DNA of 18,054 nt from Enhygromyxa salina (GTDB lineage: Bacteria > Myxococcota_A > Polyangia > Nannocystales > Nannocystaceae). The DNA lies in contig NZ_PVNL01000139.1 of the NCBI RefSeq assembly GCF_002994635.1, positions 1-18,054 on the forward strand. Reading direction: 5' to 3'. Under the pieces are notes generated by a model, which was not told the origin of the DNA, did not search any database, and saw nothing but the letters and a program-made list of their open reading frames with translations. Position 1 is the stretch's first letter, and each line of letters begins with the position of its first letter. Both the position numbers and the translations under genes were made by a program. Shown in pieces: positions 8,217-15,583 of this stretch.

Positions 8217-9713
8217 TCAGTAGCTCTCGCAGCGAGTCTCGTTGGCGGCGCAGCTGAAGCGGACGTGGAAGTGCGCCGTGTGGCCGCTCGCGTTGCGCAC
8301 GATCCCGTTGTTGGTGCCCGAGCTGCTGGGGTACTGGATCGTGCGCTCGAGCATGTCCTTGCTCGCCCCGGCCTTCTTGGCGGCCTTGTAGAGCCGCTTT
8401 TGCCGACTCGTGCTCAAGAAAATGTACTGGACCTCGCCGGTCGAGATTAGCGCCTGGATCAGCGCCCAGGTCGCGTCCCAGTCGACGTCGTCGATGTTGT
8501 CCGACGAGCCGCTCGCCGACTTGACCGGCAGCCGGACGTCGACGTCGCGGCCGCTCTGGTGCGACGAGTGCGGCTTGAGCCGGCCGCCACCTCGCTTGCT
8601 GATCGCGCCGATCACCAACTCACCGCTGAACCCCGTCGCGCGGCGAAAATTGGCGATCGCCAGCTGCAGATTGTGCAGGGTGTGGCTGCTGCCAAAGCAC
8701 TCGTCTGGCTTGCGAATCGTGTACAGGACCTTGTTCTCGGGCAGCGCGAGCGCGTTGACGAGCTTGCCGCGATTGGGCTTGCCGACCGAGACCGAGCCGG
8801 TCTTGATCTTGACCAGCGGCAGCCTGGCAGCAGACACGGAGGCCGCGCTCGCGGTGCTCGACGAGCTCACGCTGGCAGACTTGGCGCTGGTCCCCGCGCT
8901 CGCCTTGGTCCGGGTCTCGTCGGCGTCGCGCAGAAGATCTGGGTTGTTCAGCGGGTCGACCCAGATCACCAGCTCTTGCCCGGCCTTGAACTTGCGCGGG
9001 ACCTTGGAGTTCCAGCGCAAGCGCAGCAGATCCACGTCGACGTGGTGCGCGCTGGCGATCTTGTTCCACGTGTCGCCCGACTTGACCGTGTAGATCAGCT
9101 TTTGCTGGGGCGGCGGGATGTGCTTGGTGTAGACCGCGAGATCGCGGCCCGCGAACAGCTGCGGCCGCCTCTCGTCGAGCTTGTTCCAGCGGATCAGCGA
9201 GCCCGTGCGGACGTCGTAGCGGGTGGCGATGTCATCGAGCCGCTCGCCCGGGAGGATCGTGTGCTTGATCCACTTGGGCTTCTTGAGCTTCTTGATCTTG
9301 GGGGCCGCGACCTTGGGCTCGGGCGGCGGAGGCTCGGCCGCGCTCGGGCTGTCGTCGGGCTCGTCTTCGTCGGGCTCGTCTTCGTCAGGCTCGTCTTCGT
9401 CGGGCTCGTGCTTGTCCGACTTCGACTTGGCCTGCGGGGGCGGGCTCGACTCGGCCGTGACCTCCGGCAGGATGTCGGGGAGATCTTCGGGTGAGGGCAG
9501 ATCGCCCAACTCGACCTCGGCCTCGGCATTGACCTCGGCATTGACCCTGCCGCGATCACTCGGCGGCGAGGCTGTCGCGACCGCAGGCGAGCCGATGCCC
9601 AACCCGAAGGTCAGCGTGAGCGGCAGAGCGAGCCACAACGAGCGAGGGCGACCATGAGCGACCGACGGGGGCGGCTCGGCTTGTGATGACTCTCGCTCGG
9701 GCTCACTCGGCAT
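8217..9713 (-). CDS. mepA: LysM-LysM-MepA fusion: a secreted penicillin-insensitive murein endopeptidase (peptidase M74, LAS metallopeptidase family). It has two N-terminal LysM domains and an acidic low-complexity region.
   Basis: There is a signal-peptide-like N-terminus. The two LysM repeats are HTILPGERLDDIATRYDVRTGSLIRWNKL and YTVKSGDTWNKIASAHHVDVDLLRLRWN. The MepA zinc-ligand motifs are KPHSSHQSGRDVDV (HASHQTGLDVDI in E. coli MepA) and HTAHFHVRFSC (DHFHVRLSC in E. coli MepA). Confidence 0.85.
   Translation of the reverse strand: MPSEPERESSQAEPPPSVAHGRPRSLWLALPLTLTFGLGIGSPAVATASPPSDRGRVNAEVNAEAEVELGDLPSPEDLPDILPEVTAESSPPPQAKSKSDKHEPDEDEPDEDEPDEDEPDDSPSAAEPPPPEPKVAAPKIKKLKKPKWIKHTILPGERLDDIATRYDVRTGSLIRWNKLDERRPQLFAGRDLAVYTKHIPPPQQKLIYTVKSGDTWNKIASAHHVDVDLLRLRWNSKVPRKFKAGQELVIWVDPLNNPDLLRDADETRTKASAGTSAKSASVSSSSTASAASVSAARLPLVKIKTGSVSVGKPNRGKLVNALALPENKVLYTIRKPDECFGSSHTLHNLQLAIANFRRATGFSGELVIGAISKRGGGRLKPHSSHQSGRDVDVRLPVKSASGSSDNIDDVDWDATWALIQALISTGEVQYIFLSTSRQKRLYKAAKKAGASKDMLERTIQYPSSSGTNNGIVRNASGHTAHFHVRFSCAANETRCESY
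9361..9405 (-). repeat. 15-bp tandem repeat (tcgtcttcgtcgggc/tcgtcttcgtcaggc), three full units plus flanking partial units, inside the LysM-MepA gene.
   Basis: Direct reading of the sequence. Confidence 0.8.
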
Positions 9714-9716
9714 TGA

Positions 9717-10691
9717 TCATTCGCTTGTTTCGGCTGATGGCTCGGCCGGCAACCCAAGCGCGACGAGCACATCTGGGTAGATCTTCGCGGCCAGATACTC
9801 GCAGCCTGGCATGGTGAAGTGCACACCATCCTCGCTGCGCAGCTCGTGTTGCTTGCCTTTGACCTTGATGGTCTTCAGCAACGCACCCTGTTCATCGACC
9901 AGATATTGGTTGGTGTCCAAGTATAGACCGGCGTCACCGAGCGCGCCGACGCCCTGTTCGTGGATCTCGCGGATCACCTTCAGCTTGCGCTCCAGGCTGG
10001 GACTGGTGACCTGTGGCAGGCTGAGCCACAGCACCTCTGCGCCATCTTCGCCGTCCACGGGGGTGGTGACGCTGGCCAGGAAGTCGTCGACCCGACCGCG
10101 ATAGGCGGCAGGCCAGCCGTCGGTGTCCCACACCACGCGGCTCTCGCTCTTCCACGGCGCGATGTCCTGACCATCGTTGGCGCCCATGAACACGATCACG
10201 AGATCGGGCTTGCGGAACTCGACCTGGCGCTTGCCCTGATCATCCCAGTCAAAGAAGTCTGGACGCGACAACCCCGAGGCGCTCTTGGCCTTGCGATACG
10301 CGACGATGTCCGGGTTGGCGTCGAGCATGTCCTCGAGCACGGCCCCGAACCCGGTCGCCGCCAACGACGAGCCGACGATCAACACGCGACGGGGCTCGAG
10401 CAGCGCGACCGGCTCGGGTGCGTCTGCTGCGGCTTCGGCCTCGTCGCCAACCGCGACGGCGTCGGCCGCTGCATCTTCTTCACCGACGGCCGCGGGATCG
10501 CCCGTCGCCAGCACGGTTGGATCCTCTGAAGGGGCTGCGTCGGTGGCCGGGGGCGTGGGCGCCTGAGGCTCGACCGCGGGCGACGGTGCGTCGACTGTTC
10601 CACCCGTGCCAGACGGCTCGGTGCAGCCCAACAGCGCTGTAGCGCCAAGCGTGAACAGCGCCAATGCGCGGACGGTCGAAGGTCGGATCAT
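9717..10691 (-). CDS. SGNH/GDSL-type hydrolase family lipoprotein (324 aa). The start is taken at the internal ATG that gives a lipoprotein signal.
   Basis: The tracked ORF 9717..11063 begins with an Arg/Cys-rich non-protein-like stretch. From the ATG at complement 10689-10691 the product is MIRPSTVRALALFTLGATALLGC (lipobox LLGC), then an Ala/Pro/Glu-rich linker, then the SGNH blocks VLIVGSSLA, FMGANDGQD and DGVHFT. The stop lies 3 bp before the mepA start, so the two are probably co-transcribed. Confidence 0.7.
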   Translation of the reverse strand: MIRPSTVRALALFTLGATALLGCTEPSGTGGTVDAPSPAVEPQAPTPPATDAAPSEDPTVLATGDPAAVGEEDAAADAVAVGDEAEAAADAPEPVALLEPRRVLIVGSSLAATGFGAVLEDMLDANPDIVAYRKAKSASGLSRPDFFDWDDQGKRQVEFRKPDLVIVFMGANDGQDIAPWKSESRVVWDTDGWPAAYRGRVDDFLASVTTPVDGEDGAEVLWLSLPQVTSPSLERKLKVIREIHEQGVGALGDAGLYLDTNQYLVDEQGALLKTIKVKGKQHELRSEDGVHFTMPGCEYLAAKIYPDVLVALGLPAEPSAETSE

Positions 10692-10942
10692 GGCGGCGAA
10701 GCTAACTGAGTTCGATCTGGCAAGGAAATAAGTGGAGCGCGGTGACGGGCGAGATCGACGCTCAGCCGGCGAGACCGACGCTCGGCGCTGAAGCTCGATT
10801 CCAACCGGTGTCAGTTTCCCGCCAATGACCCAGTTTGCGAACGCTGCCCGCAGGCGCGCCAGAAACCTGGCCCGAGCTGATAACCCACACTGGCAACGCG
10901 TCGGGGTCTGTGAAACACTGGGGCCTGGTACGGAGGACCCCC

Positions 10943-11374
10943 ATGAAGACTGACTCGTCTGCCCTCGCCCGTTGGCGCCTCGCTCGTCGCATCTCACTTG
11001 GTGCGATCGTCGTCGCCGGCACCATGACCACCGCCGCCGCGGTCGCCCAGCGCATCGCCGCACATCCGTGCAGCATGTCGCAGCGCGCCAACGTCCAGAG
11101 CTACTACAGCTACTCGGGCATCGGTGTGGAGCTGACCCAAGATGGCAGTGATTTCGTCGTCGCTCGCGTGTTCGCGGGCAGCCCCGCCGACGGCAAGCTG
11201 TTCCCCGGCGCCGTGCTGCTCAGCGTCGACGGAGAGAGCCCCAAGCACATGCAGCAGTGGACCAACATGATCCGCGGCGAGCAGGGCACCCCCGTCGAGC
11301 TCGAGGTCGTCTACCCCTGCTCCGGCCACGACACCGTCGTGCTCGAGCGAGACGTCGTCCGCCTCCGCTACTAA
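10943..11374 (+). CDS. Small PDZ-domain protein (143 aa) with an N-terminal signal/anchor.
   Basis: A strong RBS (GGAGGA, 5-7 nt before the ATG at 10943) lies inside the tracked ORF 10835..11374. The signal or anchor sequence is MKTDSSALARWRLARRISLGAIVVAGTMTTAAAVAQ. The PDZ-like core is GIGVELTQDGSDFVVARVFAGSPADGKLFPGAVLLSVDGES...GTPVELEV. Confidence 0.7.
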   Translation: MKTDSSALARWRLARRISLGAIVVAGTMTTAAAVAQRIAAHPCSMSQRANVQSYYSYSGIGVELTQDGSDFVVARVFAGSPADGKLFPGAVLLSVDGESPKHMQQWTNMIRGEQGTPVELEVVYPCSGHDTVVLERDVVRLRY

Positions 11375-11400
11375 AGCGTCGGACCTCTGCCAGTAAAAGA

Positions 11401-11438
11401 GCACCGAGCTGGCATCGCCAGTTGGGTGCTTTTTTATT
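11401..11438 (+). terminator. Rho-independent terminator after the PDZ gene.
   Basis: GCACCgagCTGGCatcGCCAGttgGGTGC forms a nested GC-rich hairpin. It is followed by the run TTTTTTATT, 27 nt after the TAA stop. Confidence 0.8.
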
Positions 11439-11465
11439 GGTTCGAGATCGTCGTAGAGTTGGTTC

Positions 11466-11843
11466 ATGACTGGCTACGGACGAATGGCACCGCGAGCCGT
11501 CGCGCTGTTCATCGATCTCGTGTTGATCGGGTTTGTGACCTCGATCATCAGCGGCCTGCTCGGCACCGACAGCCACGGCGTGGTCGCCTCGGTGATCAGC
11601 TGGCTGTACTTCGCCGTCCAGGAGTCGAGCGGGTGGATGGCCACGCTCGGCAAGCGCGCGATGGGGCTCGCGGTCCAGGGTGTCGACGGCCGGCAGCTGA
11701 GCTTCACCCAGGCCAGCATCCGCTGGGTCGGGCGCTGGGTCTCGGGACTGGCCCTGGGGTGTGGGTATCTGCTGGCGCTGTTCACCGACAAGCGGCAGAC
11801 CCTGCACGACTTAATCGCCGGCACTGTCGTGGTTCAGCGCTGA
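11466..11843 (+). CDS. RDD-family membrane protein.
   Basis: The N-terminus is RAVALFIDLVLIGFV, followed by two TM segments. The loop WMATLGKRAMGL...DGRQLSFTQASIRW and the ending HDLIAGTVVV are characteristic of the RDD domain. The start could instead be the ATG at 11484. Confidence 0.7.
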   Translation: MTGYGRMAPRAVALFIDLVLIGFVTSIISGLLGTDSHGVVASVISWLYFAVQESSGWMATLGKRAMGLAVQGVDGRQLSFTQASIRWVGRWVSGLALGCGYLLALFTDKRQTLHDLIAGTVVVQR

Positions 11844-11867
11844 CGTCGCGCTAAGGTGACTGAAGCC

Positions 11868-12323
11868 ATGACCCTCGATGAACTCGCCGCCCTGCTCGCG
11901 CGCACCACCGAAGACTTTCGGCGTACCGAAACGCACTGGCAGTTCGCGCATCAAGGCGTCCCGATGGCGTGCCTGACGGACCCCAGCTTCGATCGCATGC
12001 GCTTCATCGCGCCGGTCACCGAGCTGAGCAAGATGGACGAGGAGACCAAAAATGCGGTCCTCGAAGCCAACTTTCACACAGCGCTCGACGCTCGCTATGG
12101 CAGCTCCAACGGCTTGCTGTTCGCGGCGTTCATCCATCCGCTGAGCTCGCTGGAGCTCACGCTGGCCGTCTCGGCGCTAGATCAGGTCGCCTCGCTGGTC
12201 CAGACCTTTGGCTCGCACTACAGCGGCGGAACCCTCGAGCTCATTGGCGGCCGCGAGCCAGGCCTGCACGATCTAGAGGACGATGACGACGATGATGACG
12301 ACAGCGGCCCGCTGCTGAACTAA
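11868..12323 (+). CDS. YbjN/CesT-fold protein (type III secretion chaperone-like or putative sensory transduction regulator family). It has a poly-Asp C-terminal tail.
   Basis: A Shine-Dalgarno sequence AAGGTG lies 8 nt before the ATG at 11868; the tracked ORF starts at GTG 11856. The protein is about 150 aa and acidic, with a W-x-F...G-x-x-M-A-C...DRMRFIAP...NGLLFAAF pattern typical of YbjN-like proteins. The tail is DLEDDDDDDDDSGPLLN. The gene is 12 nt downstream of the RDD gene. Confidence 0.5.
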   Translation: MTLDELAALLARTTEDFRRTETHWQFAHQGVPMACLTDPSFDRMRFIAPVTELSKMDEETKNAVLEANFHTALDARYGSSNGLLFAAFIHPLSSLELTLAVSALDQVASLVQTFGSHYSGGTLELIGGREPGLHDLEDDDDDDDDSGPLLN

Positions 12324-12334
12324 GCTGCGCGCCC

Positions 12335-13351
12335 ATGAGGCAGATCTGGATCAGTCGCGCCGGCAAGCCCGAGGTGCTCGAGCTACGCGAGGCGCCGGAC
12401 CCCGAGCCTGGACCCGGCGAGATCCGGATCCGCGTCGCCGCCAGCGGCCTCAACTTCGCGGACATCAGCGCGCGCATGGGCCTATACCCCGACATGCCGC
12501 CGATCCCCTGCGTCGTGGGCTACGAGGTCTCGGGTGTCGTGGACGCGGTCGGCGAGGGCGCCAGCGACATCGAGCTCGGGGCCAAGGTCGTCGCGCTGAC
12601 TCGGTTCGGCGGGCACTCGGACGTCGTCTGCATTCCTCGCGCCCAGGCCGTGCGGATCCCCGAAGGGATCTCCATGACCGCCGCCGCCGCGGTGCCGGTC
12701 AACTACCTCACCGCGTGGCTGATGCTCGTCGAGCTGGGCAACGTCCACGCGGACCACACCGTGCTGGTCCACGCGGCGGCTGGTGGTGTCGGCCAGGCCG
12801 CGCTTCAGATCTGCAAGCATCGCGGGGCCTCGGTGATCGGCACCGCGAGCGCGGGCAAGCACGAGCGCCTGCGCGAGGTCGGGGTAGATCACTGCATCGA
12901 CTACCGCAACCTGGACTTCGAGGCCGAGGTCATGCGGATCACCGAGGGTCGCGGGGTCGACATCGCGCTCGACGCCGTCGGCGGTGAGTCGTTCTCCAAA
13001 AGCTACCGATGCCTGCGCCACTGCGGGCGCCTGTTCATGTTCGGGGCCTCGAGCTTCGCGCCCTCGGACAAGCGCCGGCTGATGCCGATCCTCAAGGGTC
13101 TCGTCAAGACCCCGAAGTTCAAGCCCTTCGACCTGCTCGACAACAACCGCGGCGTGTTTGGCATCAACCTCGGGCACCTGTGGCACGAGATCGATCGGCT
13201 CGGCACGCTGTTCGAGCAGGTCATGGACAAGGTCGGCGACGGCACGCTCACGCCCGTGATCGATCGTGAGTTCAGCTTTGATCAGGCCGCCGAGGCCCAC
13301 GCCTATATTCAGGGCCGAAACAACTTCGGCAAGGTGCTGCTGGTCCCGTGA
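12335..13351 (+). CDS. qor: NADPH:quinone oxidoreductase (VAT-1-like), a zinc-independent medium-chain dehydrogenase/reductase.
   Basis: Canonical MDR N-terminus G.PEVLELREAPDPEPGPGEIRIRV. The nucleotide-binding loop is HAAAGGVGQAALQ. There are no structural-zinc Cys ligands. The C-terminus is NFGKVLLVP. Confidence 0.8.
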   Translation: MRQIWISRAGKPEVLELREAPDPEPGPGEIRIRVAASGLNFADISARMGLYPDMPPIPCVVGYEVSGVVDAVGEGASDIELGAKVVALTRFGGHSDVVCIPRAQAVRIPEGISMTAAAAVPVNYLTAWLMLVELGNVHADHTVLVHAAAGGVGQAALQICKHRGASVIGTASAGKHERLREVGVDHCIDYRNLDFEAEVMRITEGRGVDIALDAVGGESFSKSYRCLRHCGRLFMFGASSFAPSDKRRLMPILKGLVKTPKFKPFDLLDNNRGVFGINLGHLWHEIDRLGTLFEQVMDKVGDGTLTPVIDREFSFDQAAEAHAYIQGRNNFGKVLLVP

Positions 13352-13359
13352 AACGAGGA

Positions 13360-13390
13360 CGCCGCCCGTGCGCGCGAGCGCAGGGCGGCG
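13360..13390 (+). terminator. GC-rich hairpin in the convergent intergenic gap after qor (8-bp perfect stem CGCCGCCC/GGGCGGCG with a 15-nt loop). Putative factor-dependent terminator.
   Basis: The inverted repeat is read directly from the sequence and starts 9 nt after the qor TGA. There is no T-tract, so intrinsic termination is uncertain. Confidence 0.35.
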
Positions 13391-13431
13391 GGAGTGAGAC
13401 CTCGGTCGACTGGTCGGCTAGCTGGCAGACG

Positions 13432-13479
13432 ACTTGGCGAGCCACTTGGCGAGCTACTTGGCGAGCTACTTGGCGAGCT
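13432..13479. repeat. 12-bp tandem repeat (acttggcgagcy x4) spanning the stop codon of the - strand VWA lipoprotein gene.
   Basis: Direct reading of the sequence. On the - strand each unit reads CTC GCC AAG TAG (L-A-K-stop). Consecutive in-frame TAG stops occur at 13466-13468, which is the stop in use, and at 13454-13456. Confidence 0.85.
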
Positions 13480-15010
13480 TGGTCGTCCGGCGCGGCTGAC
13501 TGCACACGCCGCCTTGACCCTCGCCGACGGTGCGGATCGAGAACTGCGGCTCAGCCTCGACCCGGCGCCCGGCCAGCTCCGAGCGGACGGTGCGGACCAT
13601 CAGCGGGGCGAGCTGCTCGACGGTGTAGCAGGGGATGTGCGGCTCGGCGTGGGGGTTGCCGACGCCCGAGTCGTCGGTCAGGAACAGATACTGGGCCCCG
13701 GTGAGCATCGCGGCGGCCCGCATCACGAACTCTGCCTCGCCTGCGACGCCGGAGCTGGCCACCGGGTACACCGCCACGCCCATGCTGCGCAGACCGTCGA
13801 CCGCGTCGAGCGTGTCGTCGACCTTGTTGGCGTGGGGCGGCGCGTCGGCGACCAGGAAGGTCACGCGCGCGGTGTCACCGTTGCGCCACGAGAGCTTCTC
13901 CGCTGCCACCAGCGCGGCGTCCATCGCCTCCGGGTAGTCGCCGCCGCCGTTGGCCGACTGCGCGCCAAGATCCTTCTGGAACCGCTCGAGGTTGCCCGTG
14001 AAGTCGAACACGCGGGTCGTGTACTGATCACCGGTGTCGCGGTAGACGATCAGGGCGAAGCGCTGATCCACGCCGGGGAAGTGATGCTCGATCGCCGCGG
14101 CGATGTCCCGGATCTCGACCTTGAGGAACTCGAGCTCGTCACCCATGCTGCCGGTCGCGTCGATCACCAGGGCGATGTCGAGCTGATCGGGGAGCGTGCC
14201 CTGGGTGTCCTTGAGGGTCACCAGCTGCTCGATCTGGTCGTTGATGCTCACCGTCGCGCTGGCGTTGCCGTGGCTGATCTTGGCCTTGCCCTGCCCCTGG
14301 CGGCCGCTGTCCCAGCCCTGCACCCAGACCACTCGGCCGTCGCTGCGGGTCATCATGTGCTTGCCGTCGATCTCGACCTTGGCGTTGCCGACCGGGCGCC
14401 CCTGGGTGTCCTGGACCCGCAGGACCGTGCGCTGGGTCGCAAAGGCCGAGGCCAGCTGCGACAGATCTGCCTGGCTGCGGGCCTGGTCGACGAACTTGTC
14501 GAACACCCAGGGGTTGAGGTTGTCATCGAAGCTGCCGGCGGTCAGGGTGCCGGACTGGATGTTGCGATCGCGGCGGTCGTGCTCGGCGGCGATCTTGGCG
14601 GACTCTTCGGAGGGGCGCTCGCGCATGGCACCCTCTCCCTTCTTGTCAGCCTTGGACTTGGCGGGGCTGGGGCTGGCGGAGGACGGCGCCTCGTCCATCA
14701 TCGCCATGCCGCCGACCCCGTCGCCGCCGGACGCCGCCCTGGTCGCTCCGGACCCGCCGCTCGGGCCATCCATTGCGGGGGCAGCGGGCGCGGGCGCGCT
14801 CTCGGCCTCGCCAGCGGCCATGTCATCGGCGTAGTCGTAGCTCCCGGGAGCCGCCTCGGCGTAGTCTCCCTCGTACGACGGCTCCATCGCCGTCTTTTCT
14901 TCGGAGGGGCTCGGGTATGCGTGGTCTTCGGGGCTCTGGGCGGCGCAGCCAAGACCGAGGGCGGGGAGCAGAAGGAGCAGGCAGGTGAGCTGAATCGAGA
15001 GGCGTCGCAT
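13466..15010 (-). CDS. von Willebrand factor type A (VWA) domain lipoprotein.
   Basis: The N-terminus MRRLSIQLTCLLLLLPALGLGC has a lipobox. A long low-complexity acidic/Ala/Pro/Gly linker follows. The VWA core carries the MIDAS motif DxSxS in LDIALVIDATGSMGDE, with downstream T and D positions (VYRDTGD, LVADAPPH). Confidence 0.75.
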   Translation of the reverse strand: MRRLSIQLTCLLLLLPALGLGCAAQSPEDHAYPSPSEEKTAMEPSYEGDYAEAAPGSYDYADDMAAGEAESAPAPAAPAMDGPSGGSGATRAASGGDGVGGMAMMDEAPSSASPSPAKSKADKKGEGAMRERPSEESAKIAAEHDRRDRNIQSGTLTAGSFDDNLNPWVFDKFVDQARSQADLSQLASAFATQRTVLRVQDTQGRPVGNAKVEIDGKHMMTRSDGRVVWVQGWDSGRQGQGKAKISHGNASATVSINDQIEQLVTLKDTQGTLPDQLDIALVIDATGSMGDELEFLKVEIRDIAAAIEHHFPGVDQRFALIVYRDTGDQYTTRVFDFTGNLERFQKDLGAQSANGGGDYPEAMDAALVAAEKLSWRNGDTARVTFLVADAPPHANKVDDTLDAVDGLRSMGVAVYPVASSGVAGEAEFVMRAAAMLTGAQYLFLTDDSGVGNPHAEPHIPCYTVEQLAPLMVRTVRSELAGRRVEAEPQFSIRTVGEGQGGVCSQPRRTTKLAK

Positions 15011-15198
15011 GGCGGGGTGTCCGTGGTGCGGCGGCGAACGCAGGCCTGGAAACCCGACTTACAGCGACAGCTGGGTTGTTTGCGGCCGCGCGAACCCGTG
15101 GACCTGGGGGCACGCGGACCGCGGTGGGCCTGCGCGGGGCTCGGATCCAAGCCCGCGGCGTCTGCGTTCCAGCTGTGCAGGGGAGCGTCCGTCGAGGC

Positions 15199-15227
15199 TT
15201 GACGGTGACGCGAGCGTCGGCTAGACC
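15199..15227 (+). promoter_or_regulatory. Candidate sigma-70-type promoter for tRNA-Asn: TTGACG at 15199-15204, a 17-nt spacer, then TAGACC at 15222-15227.
   Basis: Good -35 match and 17-bp spacing. The -10 is weak because the conserved final T is missing. The tRNA starts about 28 nt downstream. Confidence 0.2.
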
Positions 15228-15255
15228 CCTGCTCCGCGTCAGACAGAGCTGCTAT

Positions 15256-15328
15256 TCCGGCATAGCTCAGTTGGTAGAGCAGTCGGCTGTTAACCGACTT
15301 GTCGCAGGTTCGAGTCCTGCTGCCGGAG
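15256..15328 (+). tRNA. tRNA-Asn (anticodon GUU), 73 nt, with no encoded CCA.
   Basis: Manual cloverleaf: acceptor TCCGGCA/TGCCGGA; D arm GCTC-AGTTGGTA-GAGC; anticodon stem GTCGG/CCGAC with loop CTGTTAA (anticodon GTT); variable loop TTGTC; T arm GCAGG-TTCGAGT-CCTGC; discriminator G. Confidence 0.9.
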
Positions 15329-15339
15329 CTACCTGAGAC

Positions 15340-15388
15340 AAACCCCGCATCGGACCGCTTGGCACGGTCCCCGCGGGGTTTGCTTTTG
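15340..15388 (+). terminator. Intrinsic terminator after tRNA-Asn.
   Basis: AAACCCCGC...GCGGGGTTT is a 9-bp stem that encloses an inner GGACCG/CGGTCC hairpin. It is followed by TTTGCTTTTGGGG. Confidence 0.7.
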
Positions 15389-15583
15389 GGGCATGGTGGC
15401 GCGGCGGGTCCGGGCCTCGTAGAGGTCCGCGTGCATCGTGCGGTCGGCGTGAACTCGGACCTCGCGGACGGTCGAGCCGACGAGTTCCTTGGCCTCCGGT
15501 CCGGCGAGGCTGAGGATCTCGCTGCCGGCTTCCGAGCTACACTCCCTGCTGTGCCGCCCAAGGCCAGGACGAAGGAGGCGACG

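Noticed and set aside
10870-10900. A sigma-54-like TGGCAA element in the divergent intergenic region between the SGNH and PDZ genes.
   Set aside because: The GG and GC dinucleotides are not at the required -24/-12 spacing.
15299-15583. Upstream extension of the unknown-protein ORF back into the tRNA.
   Set aside because: The frame is open only because of high GC. It begins inside the tRNA-Asn gene and spans the tRNA terminator. A perfect AAGGAGG-N5-ATG start exists at 15584.
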